From NCBI GenBank assembly GCA_033581555.1, contig JAVQSZ010000002.1, positions 141,778-205,777 on the forward strand: a stretch of DNA of 64,000 nt, written 5' to 3'. The stretch comes from Nitrososphaerota archaeon (GTDB lineage: Archaea > Thermoproteota > Nitrososphaeria_A > Caldarchaeales > Calditenuaceae). The notes beneath the pieces are model-generated. The model did no database searches, was not told the origin of the DNA, and was given only the letters and a program-made list of their open reading frames with translations. Made by a program: the position numbers and the translations under genes. Below are positions 38,567-47,997 of the stretch, piece after piece; position 1 is the first letter of the stretch; each line of letters begins with the position of its first letter.

Positions 38567-39402
38567 CCAACCGACCTCCGCAGCGCGAACCTCCCGATCG
38601 CTTCCATCCATTTGTACCCGACCTCGGCCCCGGTCCAGAGCCTGAACGACGCGGCCGCTTGCCTCGCGAGGACCTCCACGCCGTCGACCAGCTCGAGCCC
38701 CCTCGCCGAAGCGAGCCGAGACATCGGCGAACCCCTCGGCCCGTAGACGAGGTCGACGAGCAGCGCGCCGTCCTTGAGGTCCTCAGGCCCGATCGGGAGC
38801 TCAGCGCCCTCCACGAGCCCGACGGGTATCGTGTTGACCACGACTTGTGACCCCTTCGCGGCCTCCTTTGCCTTCTCGAGGGGTACCGCCGCGAGCCTCG
38901 ACTCTCCTAACGTCCTGAACCTCTCGACCAGCTCCTGGGCCTTGGCGAGCGTCCTGTTGGCGATCGAGACGGATCCGGCCCCGAGCGCGATCAGAGCCGC
39001 GACCGCCGCCCTCGCGGACCCCCCTGCCCCAATGACGAGGGCGTCGAACCCGCTCCCGATCGAACGCTCAGCAACGGCCTCCCTGATCGCGACGTAGTCG
39101 GTGTTGTGTCCTTCCCACCCGTCGTCCGACCTCTTGAGCGCGTTCACGGCCCCGATCAGCGCAGAGTCCTCGGACAGACTGACAGCGTGCTTCGCCGCCT
39201 CCTCTTTGTACGGGATCGTCACGTTCAGTCCAGCGAACCCGAGTTCGTGAAGGGCCCTCATCACAGAGCCGACCGCGCCCGATGACCTGACGTGAACGGT
39301 CACGTAACTCAGGTCGAGCCCGAGCCTCCTCGCGGTTAACGTGTGGATCAGGGGCGACACCGAGTGCGAGATCGGGTCACCGATCAGCCCGAGCAGGGGC
39401 AA
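38548..39402 (-). CDS. aroE: Shikimate dehydrogenase
   Basis: GDPISHSVSP, NVTIPYK, GAVN, NTD, GAGGSARA, NRT, DLVY. Confidence 0.95.
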   Translation of the reverse strand: MPLLGLIGDPISHSVSPLIHTLTARRLGLDLSYVTVHVRSSGAVGSVMRALHELGFAGLNVTIPYKEEAAKHAVSLSEDSALIGAVNALKRSDDGWEGHNTDYVAIREAVAERSIGSGFDALVIGAGGSARAAVAALIALGAGSVSIANRTLAKAQELVERFRTLGESRLAAVPLEKAKEAAKGSQVVVNTIPVGLVEGAELPIGPEDLKDGALLVDLVYGPRGSPMSRLASARGLELVDGVEVLARQAAASFRLWTGAEVGYKWMEAIGRFALRRSVGWERSH

Positions 39403-40099
39403 GTGCCACCACCCGATTAAGGAGCTCCGCCAAGAGCTTCGTCTCAGGGACGCTCAGCTGTCCAGGTGCGACCTCTTTCCCCTTCAGCGCTGCGTAGGTG
39501 AAGGGCGCGCCGAGGACCAGCGAGAGCGGCCTCGTCAGGCTCCATCTCTCGCCGACCGAGAACGAGACGAGCCCTCCCCTCGACCACTCGACCTCCCGGT
39601 AAAGGGCGAGCGTCGAGGCGGCTCCCGCAGCGGTGACCGGCGAAGTGACCAGCTTCACTAGATCGCCGTGGGACCTCAGGGCCTCCGCGAGCTTGACGAG
39701 CTCCGCGACGCTAGGGTCTCCGGGCCCGAGGTGGACAGACGCGATCACCCTTTCCGCCCCGAGCTCAGAGGCGAGCGACCTAACCTCGCGGATCATGAGG
39801 GAAGTCCTGTCGAGGTCCACGAGGTCAGCGTGCTCGGAGACAGCCCTCAAGACCTCGACGAGCGGCTTTGGTCCCCCGCTATAGCGACCGCCCTCCTCCC
39901 TCGACCTGACGGTAGCGATCACCGTCGCGCCCAGGTCCTTCGCGCCATCCACGACGGACGCGGCGAGGTTTAGCTCAGCGAGCGCGTCGAGCCTGAGCTC
40001 GATCAGGTCGGCGCCCTCCTCCAGCGCTCTACTCGTCAAGGCCTTGAAGCCCTCAGCGGTCTCAGACATGAGGCTCGCGCAGACCTTGAAGGCCCCCAA
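39377..40099 (-). CDS. aroD: 3-dehydroquinate dehydratase type I
   Basis: IELRLD, TVRSREEGG, SVH, VKL, APGQ. Confidence 0.9.
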   Translation of the reverse strand: MGAFKVCASLMSETAEGFKALTSRALEEGADLIELRLDALAELNLAASVVDGAKDLGATVIATVRSREEGGRYSGGPKPLVEVLRAVSEHADLVDLDRTSLMIREVRSLASELGAERVIASVHLGPGDPSVAELVKLAEALRSHGDLVKLVTSPVTAAGAASTLALYREVEWSRGGLVSFSVGERWSLTRPLSLVLGAPFTYAALKGKEVAPGQLSVPETKLLAELLNRVVALAPARADR

Positions 40100-40101
40100 G
40101 C

Positions 40102-41091
40102 TCAGACCTCCTCGATGAACTCGTCGACCGCGGTGCCCATGTGTCGGGCGGCAGCGCCCGACGTCCAGACGAGCACCCTGTCGCCCTCAGAGATCGAGGT
40201 CACGTCGAGTAGTTCGCCGTCCGGAGAGACGAGCCTTATGGTCTCCGCGGCCTGGAGCGCCACAGAGCCCGTCATCCCGTCGACCTCGGCGACGACGTTC
40301 GCGAGCGGCCTCCTCTCGACCTTCACCCTACCCACCGAGACCACCCTGCACCTTCCGTCCCTCGAGACCGCGAGGACCCTGCTCCCTGACCTCAGCTCCG
40401 AGAGGTAGTTCGTCCTCCCGCCGGGAGCCAGGACGTAGCAGTGGACTGAGCCCGCGTTGACCCTGAAGGGCCTCGGCGGGGTCAGCCTGCTCCCGACCGA
40501 CTCGCTGTGAACGAGGAAGAGCATCCTGGACATGTTCCCCACGAGCATCCCCTCGCCGACCCTGAGGATCGAGGTCGTGTCGACGCATGCCCTCTCGCCG
40601 AGCCCAAGCCCGACGACCTCCCTAACCTCTGCCTCCCTCAGCTCGAGCCTCTGAGGGGTGGAGAGCAGGTCCCTGATCACCTTCAGCTCCCCGAGCAGCT
40701 CCCTCCCGACCACGAGGCCGTCCACGCCCGACTCTAGGGCTCCAGCGACCAGCTCGACCTCTTGGAGCGACCTCACCCTCGCGAGGACCTTCACCCCGGA
40801 GCCCTGAAGGGCCGCGATGACGTTCTCCAGCGCGATCACCTTGAGGTCCTCGGGCTCGACGAGGACGGCCTGAACGCCAGAGCTCGCCATCGACCTCAGC
40901 GCCTCCACGTCCGACTGGTCCCTGACCTTGGCGATCCTGAGGTTCCTCTCGAAGACGTACGATCTCGCCGCCAGATCCGGTGACTCCGCGGCAGGTACGA
41001 GGACCGCGTCGGCGCCCAGCTCCAGCGCCTCCCTCGCCTCGAGCTCGGACCCGGCCTCGACAACCAGCTCCTTGTGCCTACCCCTGGACAA
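40102..41091 (-). CDS. aroB': 3-dehydroquinate synthase II
   Basis: IALENVIA, GERACVDT, GEGMLVG, RPFRVNAG, YLSEL, GRVKVERRPL, Q.AETIRL, RHMG. Confidence 0.93.
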   Translation of the reverse strand: MSRGRHKELVVEAGSELEAREALELGADAVLVPAAESPDLAARSYVFERNLRIAKVRDQSDVEALRSMASSGVQAVLVEPEDLKVIALENVIAALQGSGVKVLARVRSLQEVELVAGALESGVDGLVVGRELLGELKVIRDLLSTPQRLELREAEVREVVGLGLGERACVDTTSILRVGEGMLVGNMSRMLFLVHSESVGSRLTPPRPFRVNAGSVHCYVLAPGGRTNYLSELRSGSRVLAVSRDGRCRVVSVGRVKVERRPLANVVAEVDGMTGSVALQAAETIRLVSPDGELLDVTSISEGDRVLVWTSGAAARHMGTAVDEFIEEV

Positions 41092-41863
41092 CCCTTAGAG
41101 CCTCCTCAACGGTCCTGCCCTCGATCACGATCCTCCTCAGAGCCGCGACGATCGATCGAGGCCTGTCGTGCATGAAGACGTTCCTTCCGATCGTGACCCC
41201 CATCGCGCCCGCCTTCATCGCGCCGTAGGCCATCTCCAGGACATCGACGTCGCTCTCGGACTTCGGGCCGCCCGCCATCACCACGGGCGCTGGGCAGGAC
41301 TCGACCACAGCCCTGAAGGTCTCCGGTGAGCCAGTGTAAGGCACCTTCACGACGTCAGCGCCAAGCTCTGCGCCGACCCTCGCGACGTGGGCGATCACCT
41401 TCGGGTCGCTCGGGTCCTTGACGTTCTCGCCCCTCGGATACATCATCGCGATCAGGGGCATCCCGTAGTCGTCGCACGCGTCCGCGACCCTCCCGAGCTT
41501 CTCGAGCATCTGGGGCTCTGCCCTGCTGCCGATGTTTACATGGACCGAGACCGCGTCTGCTCCGAGCCTGATCGCGTTCACGACCTCGCCCACGAGGACC
41601 TTCCAGTTCGGATCTGGACCTAACGACGTGCTCCCCGAGAGGTGGACTATGTGACCTATCCTCGGGGGCCTCGGCATGTGCTTCAGGATCCCCTTGTGGG
41701 TCAGGACCGCGGTCCCGCCTCCCAGCTCGACTTCCTCGATCGTCCGGTAGATCCTGTCGAGACCTTTCACGGGTCCAGTTGAGACCGCGTGGTCCATCGG
41801 CACGCAGAGCATCCTCCCGGACTCGGTGATCCTCGAGAGCCTCACCTGCTTGCCTGAGACCAC
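41078..41863 (-). CDS. aroA': 2-amino-3,7-dideoxy-D-threo-hept-6-ulosonate (ADH) synthase
   Basis: VPMDH, HKG, GADAVSVHVN, MMYPRG, ELGADVVK, AGGP, GRN; adjacent to aroB'. Confidence 0.92.
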   Translation of the reverse strand: MVSGKQVRLSRITESGRMLCVPMDHAVSTGPVKGLDRIYRTIEEVELGGGTAVLTHKGILKHMPRPPRIGHIVHLSGSTSLGPDPNWKVLVGEVVNAIRLGADAVSVHVNIGSRAEPQMLEKLGRVADACDDYGMPLIAMMYPRGENVKDPSDPKVIAHVARVGAELGADVVKVPYTGSPETFRAVVESCPAPVVMAGGPKSESDVDVLEMAYGAMKAGAMGVTIGRNVFMHDRPRSIVAALRRIVIEGRTVEEALRVVQG

Positions 41864-41864
41864 C

Positions 41865-42917
41865 TCACACCAACCTCCCCGTAGCGTGGGCCAGCTCGGC
41901 AGTCAGGATCGCTATCCCCGCGGCTCCCCTGACGAGGTTGTTGCTCAGCGAGACGAACCTGATCGTCCTCTCCCTCGCTCCCTTCCTCAACCTCCCGACG
42001 AAGACCGGCATGCCCCTCACGTCGCCCGCTTCTGCGTCGAGCCTCGGCTGAGGCCTGTCGGGCTCGCTCATCACAACGATCGGCCTTCGCGGCGCCGTCG
42101 GGAGCTCCAGCCTCTGCGGTAGGCCCTCGAAGGAGCTCAGCGCCTCGACTGCATCCTCGAGCCTGAAGTCCCTCCCGAGCTCGACTGAGACGGACGCGAG
42201 GTGGCCGACCAGCGTCGGGACCCGCGTGCAAGTGGCGTCGACCTCGAACCCAGCCGGCTCGACCCTGCCGTCCGCGAGCCTCCCCAGTATCTTCTTCGGC
42301 TCCGTCGAGACCTTCTCCTCCTCTCCCCTGATGTACGGGATCACGTTGCCGAGGATCGCCATAGAGGGGACGCCGTTGTAACCAGCTCCTGAGATGGACT
42401 GCATCGTCACGACGTCGACGTGCCTCACGCCGAACGCGTCGACGAGCGGCTTTAGGGGTAAGACGAAGGTCAGGGTCGTGCAGTTGGGCGTCGTCACGAT
42501 GAAGCCGTCCCATCCCCTTCTCCTCCTCTGGACCTCGATCAGGTCGAGGTGGTCGGGGTTCACCTCTGGGACCATGAGCGGCACGTCGTCTTGGTACCTG
42601 TGAGCAGAGGCGTCGGAGAAGACCGGGAAGCCGGCCCTCGCGAACCCCGGCTCGATGGTCCTCGCAGCCTCGGTAGGGAGGCAGCTGAAGACCAGGTCGA
42701 CGTCGAACCTCTTCGGGTCCGACGGCAGCACCTCTAGGTCCCTGAGCCTCTCTGGCACCTCGCCCCTCCCCCCGTAAGCCTCGGCCAACCTCCTCCCGAC
42801 CGTCGTGTTCCCTGAGACGGCGGAGACCTCGAACCATGGATGCCCGTCCAGCATCCTCAGGTAGATCTGCCCGACCATGCCCGTAGCTCCCAGGACACCC
42901 ACCTTCAACTTGCCCAA
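41865..42917 (-). CDS. asd: Aspartate-semialdehyde dehydrogenase (archaeal type)
   Basis: GATGMVGQ, PEVN, PNCTT, QSISGAG, EEEK, CTRVP..GH, PQPRLD, NLVRGAAG; SD GGGGTGA 7 nt before TTG. Confidence 0.96.
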   Translation of the reverse strand: MGKLKVGVLGATGMVGQIYLRMLDGHPWFEVSAVSGNTTVGRRLAEAYGGRGEVPERLRDLEVLPSDPKRFDVDLVFSCLPTEAARTIEPGFARAGFPVFSDASAHRYQDDVPLMVPEVNPDHLDLIEVQRRRRGWDGFIVTTPNCTTLTFVLPLKPLVDAFGVRHVDVVTMQSISGAGYNGVPSMAILGNVIPYIRGEEEKVSTEPKKILGRLADGRVEPAGFEVDATCTRVPTLVGHLASVSVELGRDFRLEDAVEALSSFEGLPQRLELPTAPRRPIVVMSEPDRPQPRLDAEAGDVRGMPVFVGRLRKGARERTIRFVSLSNNLVRGAAGIAILTAELAHATGRLV

Positions 42918-42972
42918 GCACGGTTCACCCCAGAGACGGAGGCGGAGGGGGCGGGCGCGGGTTCCTTCATCC

Positions 42973-43038
42973 TCAGTTCCCGAAGTAGAAGTAGGGGTAG
43001 GTCGTGAACCAGAACGCGTTCACCGAGCTCAGGACCAC
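42973..43038 (-). CDS. Aromatic-amino-acid-rich leader peptide of the asd-aro operon (MVLSSVNAFWFTTYPYFYFGN)
   Basis: Read directly: GGAGGGGGTAGGT SD, then GTG GTC CTG AGC TCG GTG AAC GCG TTC TGG TTC ACG ACC TAC CCC TAC TTC TAC TTC GGG AAC TGA; stop is 55 nt before asd. Confidence 0.8.
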   Translation of the reverse strand: MVLSSVNAFWFTTYPYFYFGN

Positions 43039-43076
43039 ACCTACCCCCTCCGCTCGGACTGCTCCGAAAAGACCAC

Positions 43077-43120
43077 GATAAAAACGTGTGGCGAACCTTT
43101 TTGCCGCCTGAACCATAAAG
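43077..43120. promoter_or_regulatory. Divergent TATA boxes for the leader-asd-aro operon (minus, TTTTTAT 43084-43078) and aroK (plus, CATAAAG ~43114-43120)
   Basis: AT-rich boxes ~25-30 nt upstream of the leader's 5' structure and of the aroK ATG, respectively. Confidence 0.55.
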
Positions 43121-43148
43121 CCCCGGAGTCCGCGCGTAGTTGCGGGTA

Positions 43149-44030
43149 ATGTCGCTGGAGGGCAAGGCGGTCGTCGGAGGGGCGGTGACGGTAGTCAACG
43201 CGATACCGACTGGAAAGGGGGCTGCGCTCGGAATAGGGCTGCGGACGCGGGCGAAGCTCAAGTTGGTCGAGGGCGGGTCCGGCGTGAGGTTCTTGAACGC
43301 GGATCGAGTCGGGGACGACAGGGTCGTCAGGGCGACGGTCGAGGAGGTCCTCAAGTGGTCGGGGACGGGGGAGTACGGCGTCGAGGTCGAGGTGCTCTCA
43401 GAGGTCCCGGTGGCAGTCGGGCTGAAGAGCTCGAGCGCCGCCGCGTCAGCGGTCGCCTTCGCGCTCTTCGACGCGCTCGGACTGCGACCGTCGCCCCAAG
43501 AGGCCCTGAGGCTGATCGCGGAGGCGTCGCTGAGGTCTGGGACGTCGATAACCGGTGCTGCGGACGATGCAGCTGCCTGCTTCATGGGAGGGTTCGTGGT
43601 GACCGATAACTCGACCAAGGCGCTCTTGAGGAGGGTGGAGATCGGGGGCGACCTCGTGGCGGTCGTCTCGGTCCCGAGGGGCAGGAGGACCTACACCTTC
43701 GAGTTCAAGCGCGAGCTCCTCGACCCGTTCAGGCCGGCGTTCGATGCGGCCTTCGACCTGGCACTCCGCGGTGACCTCTTCGGGGCCATGACCGTCAACG
43801 GGCTCGCGATGTCCACGGCCCTCGGTTACGGCGCCGACGTCATCACGTCCGCGATGAGGAGAGGGGCGCGGTCCTGCTCGATCTCGGGGACCGGGCCAGC
43901 GATCGCCGCACTGGTCAGCAGAATTGACTCCGGTGCCGTCTCCGAAGCCCTCTCGAGTTACGGCGACGTGATGGTCGTCGAGCTGAACAACGAGCCCGTG
44001 ACCCTCGGGAGCGGGAGGCGCTGGCCTTGA
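43149..44030 (+). CDS. aroK: Archaeal shikimate kinase (GHMP family)
   Basis: [51 protein letters not shown]. Confidence 0.93.
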   Translation: MSLEGKAVVGGAVTVVNAIPTGKGAALGIGLRTRAKLKLVEGGSGVRFLNADRVGDDRVVRATVEEVLKWSGTGEYGVEVEVLSEVPVAVGLKSSSAAASAVAFALFDALGLRPSPQEALRLIAEASLRSGTSITGAADDAAACFMGGFVVTDNSTKALLRRVEIGGDLVAVVSVPRGRRTYTFEFKRELLDPFRPAFDAAFDLALRGDLFGAMTVNGLAMSTALGYGADVITSAMRRGARSCSISGTGPAIAALVSRIDSGAVSEALSSYGDVMVVELNNEPVTLGSGRRWP

Positions 44031-44383
44031 GCGAGATGAAGCAGGTGATCGTCGTCCGGGCCGACGTGAGGATGAGCGTCGGGAAGCTCGCCGCCCAAGT
44101 AGGACATGCGGCCGTATCCGCGTTCCTCGAGGCGAGGAGGTCGAGGCCCGAGTGGGCCGAGAGGTGGCTCGAGTCGGGTCAGAAGAAGGTGGTCCTCAAG
44201 GTCGGGGGCCTCGACGAACTGCTGAGCCTCAAGAGGAGGGCGGAGGCGCTGGGGATTCCCGCGGCCCTGATCGAGGACGCCGGGCTCACCGAGCTCGAGC
44301 CCGGTACCACGACCGCCTTGGGTTTGGGACCCGCGCCGTCGGAGCTGATCGACAAAGTGACCGGCTCATTACAGCTCCTCTAG
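44027..44383 (+). CDS. pth2: Peptidyl-tRNA hydrolase Pth2
   Basis: [43 protein letters not shown]. Confidence 0.96.
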   Translation: MSEMKQVIVVRADVRMSVGKLAAQVGHAAVSAFLEARRSRPEWAERWLESGQKKVVLKVGGLDELLSLKRRAEALGIPAALIEDAGLTELEPGTTTALGLGPAPSELIDKVTGSLQLL

Positions 44384-45432
44384 GTCAGGACCTCCTCGAG
44401 CGTCCCCTGCTCCTCGGCCTCCTTCAGCTCGATCGCGATCCTCCTCCCCATGCTCACCGCCCTGCCAAGCCAGAGCTTCGAGTAGTTCCCGCCCGTCCCC
44501 ATGTGGGCGTTGGTCCCTCCACCTATCCTGGGTGCGAAGTCGTAGACGACCGCCTTCAGGTCCGGCGTCACCATGATCTGAAGGGTGAAGGGCCCTATCA
44601 AGCCAGGAGGCTCCAACCGCCTTGAGGCCTCTAAGACCTTTAGCCCGATCTCGTAGCACTCGTTCAGGAGGCTCTCCCTGAGGGTACAGGGGACGTGCCC
44701 GACCTCGATCATCGAGTGCGGCAACTCGAGTCCCAGCTGAACTTTGGCTGGCAGCCTGGTCAAGCCGTCGAGGTTGGTCTGGATCCTCCTGTCCGCGCTG
44801 ATGATCTCGAGCCTCCCGTGGACCCGACTCCAGAAGAAGTTGACGTTGAAGTGGGCCCCTAGGACCAGCTCCTCCGCGACCGCGGTCCTCAGCCCGTTCT
44901 CCGATATCAGACCCGATGAGAGCGCCGTCCTCACCTTCGCGTTCAGGTCGTCGCGGTCGGTCGCGTAGATGAACGCCCTCTCCTGCGGCCTATTCGCTTC
45001 CTGGACCTTAAGGAGCACAGGACCTTCGACCTCGTCCAGGTCACTGAAGACCTTAGGCCTCCTGACGTCGGCCTCATCGAGGAGCCTGTAGTAGTTGGAC
45101 TCTCCGGTCCTCTCCTCCCACCTCAACATCCTCCTGTTCCCGAAGACAGGGACCCTCAGCTTCCGCTCTATTCCCTCGTAACCGACGTAGACGGCCATGC
45201 TCCGGTTCGGGACGACGACGCACCCGAGCTCCTCCAGCCTCCTCTGCACTTCATCCCGCAGCATCTCCCTGTAGTCGTTCAGGTCGATGCAGAAGTCCAC
45301 CAGCCTGGTCAGCGATTTGTAGATCAGGTCGCGCCCACTCTTACAGATCGCGACCGTCTCAAGCCCCTCGTCCTTGGCGCCGTCGAAGACGTCGAGCGCC
45401 GAGTGTGAAGCGACGCAGGCCACGCGGACCAC
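44380..45432 (-). CDS. purP: PurP-family ATP-grasp enzyme (DUF1297 paralog)
   Basis: [52 protein letters not shown]. Confidence 0.85.
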   Translation of the reverse strand: MVRVACVASHSALDVFDGAKDEGLETVAICKSGRDLIYKSLTRLVDFCIDLNDYREMLRDEVQRRLEELGCVVVPNRSMAVYVGYEGIERKLRVPVFGNRRMLRWEERTGESNYYRLLDEADVRRPKVFSDLDEVEGPVLLKVQEANRPQERAFIYATDRDDLNAKVRTALSSGLISENGLRTAVAEELVLGAHFNVNFFWSRVHGRLEIISADRRIQTNLDGLTRLPAKVQLGLELPHSMIEVGHVPCTLRESLLNECYEIGLKVLEASRRLEPPGLIGPFTLQIMVTPDLKAVVYDFAPRIGGGTNAHMGTGGNYSKLWLGRAVSMGRRIAIELKEAEEQGTLEEVLT

Positions 45433-45465
45433 GGAGCTCCTATCGCCCCTCCTCGAGAAAAACGG

Positions 45466-46488
45466 TCACGTCAGGACCTCTATCAGGCTTCCGGTCTCCG
45501 CGGAGACCCTCAGCTCCAGCGCGATCCTTCTCCCGACGGTCATGGGCTCGCCGAAGTAGAGGGCGAGATAGGGGCTGCCGTGCTTGAGGTAGACGTTAGT
45601 CCCCGCGACTATCCTCCCGCTGAACTCAAAGACGTGGACGTTCAGGTCTCTGTCGACGACCGACTCGAGGCAGAAGGGGCCCGCGAAGGGCTGGCCCGTC
45701 ACCCTCACGACCGCCTCGACGAACCTCTCGCCGAGCTCCGCAAAGGTCTCGAGGAGCCTCTCCCTCGGGAAGACCGGGAAGTTCCCGACGACGGTGAAGG
45801 TCGGCGAGACCCTCTCAACCACACCCATCGGTGCCCTCCTCAATCCGTCAGCGTCCGACTCGTACCTTACGTCGAAGCCCGTGAGCTCGGTCCTCCGGTG
45901 GACTGGGGAGTGGAAGAAGTGCGCGTAGAGCGTCGTGCCGACCACGTACTGTTGGATGATCGGCCGCTCGCCGGGCCTCAGCACGCCCGAGGCACATGCG
46001 GTCTCCAGCCCCCTCCGCACCTCCTCGGGCGAGCTGGCGACGAAGTACCCCCGCCCTCCCCTCGCGCCGGGGAACTTCACGATCACGGGCCCTTCGACCT
46101 CCTCGGGCGAGCCGTACTCCTTCGGGACCGGTATCATGGCCTCCCTGAGGAGCCGCATCTTGGACTCCTGAGAGGACTCTATCGCCAACAGCCTCCTCGA
46201 CCCGAAGACCGGGATCCTCGTCCTGACTACGTTCTCGGCGCCCACGTACTCGACGACCGAGCCGTTCGGGACCAGAACGTAGCCCTCTTCGCCGAGCGAG
46301 TCCAGCGTCCCGATGCCCTCGTAGGGCCTCTGATCGAACTTGAGGACCGGGAACCTCCTGTACAGCCTGAGAGCGCGTTCGTCGCCGAAGAGGACTGCCC
46401 TGAGGCCCTCCTCGGTCGCGCCGATCACCACTTGGACCGCTGAGTGACTCGCGAACGCCGCTATGCCCGGAAGGGATTCCTTAGGCAT
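45466..46488 (-). CDS. purP: Formate--phosphoribosylaminoimidazolecarboxamide ligase (start likely ATG 46488)
   Basis: ASHSA, GARGGRGYF, RYESDADG, VVGN.P, GPFCLE, FEFSGRIVAGTN. Confidence 0.88.
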   Translation of the reverse strand: MPKESLPGIAAFASHSAVQVVIGATEEGLRAVLFGDERALRLYRRFPVLKFDQRPYEGIGTLDSLGEEGYVLVPNGSVVEYVGAENVVRTRIPVFGSRRLLAIESSQESKMRLLREAMIPVPKEYGSPEEVEGPVIVKFPGARGGRGYFVASSPEEVRRGLETACASGVLRPGERPIIQQYVVGTTLYAHFFHSPVHRRTELTGFDVRYESDADGLRRAPMGVVERVSPTFTVVGNFPVFPRERLLETFAELGERFVEAVVRVTGQPFAGPFCLESVVDRDLNVHVFEFSGRIVAGTNVYLKHGSPYLALYFGEPMTVGRRIALELRVSAETGSLIEVLT

Positions 46489-46540
46489 CCGGCTATCCAA
46501 AGTTAATCACTTATTAACCTCAGTTCGCAGGGGCCCCGGA

Positions 46541-47269
46541 ATGGACGCGCTCGACGAGGCTCTCGTTAACCAGGTGGCCTCCTACGTCGCCTCGGACATC
46601 GTCCTCTCGCCGGAGCCGGGCAAGACGATGAGGAAGTGGAGGCTCTTGTTCCAGCTCTCGCAGAGGGAGGTGGCGTCCCAGATGGGGGTCTCGCCGCCGG
46701 TGCTCAGCGACTACGAGAAGGGCAAGAGGATGTCGCCGGGGGTCCAGTTCGTCAGCAGGTTCGTGAGGAGCCTGATCGAGCTGGACGTGAAGAGGGGAGG
46801 GCACAACGTGATGAGGTTCGTCCAGGGCGCGATCAAAGTCCAGCGGTCGATAATGGACATCGTCGAGTTCCACGTCCCCATCGAGCTCAGGGACGTCGTG
46901 AGGGCCGTGAACGGGGAGTTCGTGACGCTGAAGGAGGAGCAGGGGGTCCTCGTGCACGGTTACACGCTGGTCGACAGTATCAGGGCGATCCTCGAGCTCG
47001 GGCCCTACGACTTCGTCAACATCTTCGGGAGGAACTCGATGAGGGTGATCGCCTTCGCAAACGTCACGACGGGCAGGTCGCCGATGGTCGCGATCAGGGT
47101 CTTCCCCCTCAAGCCGAAGGCCGTCGTGCTCCACGGGCCGGTCAACGCAGACTCCGTGGACCCGCTTGCGGTGAAGCTGAGCCAGCTCGAGAGGATACCG
47201 TTGATCGTCTCGAGGCTGCCCACGGTCGAGGACCTCCTGGAGGGGCTGAGGAGCCTCATCGGGAGATGA
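46541..47269 (+). CDS. Archaeal XRE-HTH transcriptional regulator (COG1709-like)
   Basis: DIVLSPEPGKTMRKWR, SDYEKGKR.SPG, GYTLVDS, VTTGRSPMVAIRV. Confidence 0.88.
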   Translation: MDALDEALVNQVASYVASDIVLSPEPGKTMRKWRLLFQLSQREVASQMGVSPPVLSDYEKGKRMSPGVQFVSRFVRSLIELDVKRGGHNVMRFVQGAIKVQRSIMDIVEFHVPIELRDVVRAVNGEFVTLKEEQGVLVHGYTLVDSIRAILELGPYDFVNIFGRNSMRVIAFANVTTGRSPMVAIRVFPLKPKAVVLHGPVNADSVDPLAVKLSQLERIPLIVSRLPTVEDLLEGLRSLIGR

Positions 47270-47997
47270 GAGCGATAATAGGGTGCTGCGGTTTCCCGGT
47301 CGCGAGGAACCGATACTACAAGATGCTCGGAGCCGTTGAGGTCCAAACCACCTTCTACAGGGTCGTTAGGAGGTCGACGCTCGAGCGGTGGAGGAGGGAG
47401 GCTCCGGAGGGGTTCGTCTTCGCCCTTAAGGCCTTTCAGGGGGTCACTCACCCGAAGGACAGCCCCACTTGGAAGAGGTCTAATGTCAGGCCGAAAGACG
47501 GACACGGGCTCCTCAGGCCCACAGAGGAGGTGAGGGAGAGCTGGAAGGTCACGCTGGACGCGTGTAGGGCCCTCTCCGCGAAAGCAGTGGTCGTCCAGAC
47601 GCCACCTGCGTTCAGGGATACGCCCGAGAACGTCGCGAACGCGATCAGGTTCTTCGGCTCGATCGAGCGGGACGAAGCGGTCGTGGGCTTCGAGCCAAGA
47701 GGTTGGTCCCAGGAGAGTGTTAGGAGGGTCTGCGAGGAGACCGACGTCACACACGTCACCGACCTGTTCGCCGCGATGCCCGTCGCCCTCTCGAGCAGGT
47801 CGATCGCGTACTTCAGGTTGCACGGCTCGCCTCCCGGCAAGAGGATGTACAGCTACACCTACACCGACGACGACCTAAGAGCACTCGCTGAACTGCTGCG
47901 CGAGGTCGAGGCTAAGGAGGTCTACTTGATGTTCAACAACGTCACGATGTTCGACGACGCCCTGAGGTTCCTTCGTCTCCTTCAATCGACGGGCTGA
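47266..47997 (+). CDS. DUF72 family protein (start ATG 47266)
   Basis: GCCGF, VEVQTTFY, KA...TH, QTPP, EPR, YFRLHG, Y.MFNN. Confidence 0.88.
   Translation: MRAIIGCCGFPVARNRYYKMLGAVEVQTTFYRVVRRSTLERWRREAPEGFVFALKAFQGVTHPKDSPTWKRSNVRPKDGHGLLRPTEEVRESWKVTLDACRALSAKAVVVQTPPAFRDTPENVANAIRFFGSIERDEAVVGFEPRGWSQESVRRVCEETDVTHVTDLFAAMPVALSSRSIAYFRLHGSPPGKRMYSYTYTDDDLRALAELLREVEAKEVYLMFNNVTMFDDALRFLRLLQSTG

Noticed and set aside
44380-46488. Tandem purP paralogs as a novelty
   Set aside because: Paired PurP-family genes are already known in many archaea.
46636-47265. Apparent long N-terminal fusion on DUF72; similar extensions on HDAC (28395) and PrmC (31626)
   Set aside because: These are alternate-frame run-ins through the upstream gene; proper starts lie at or near the upstream stop codons.
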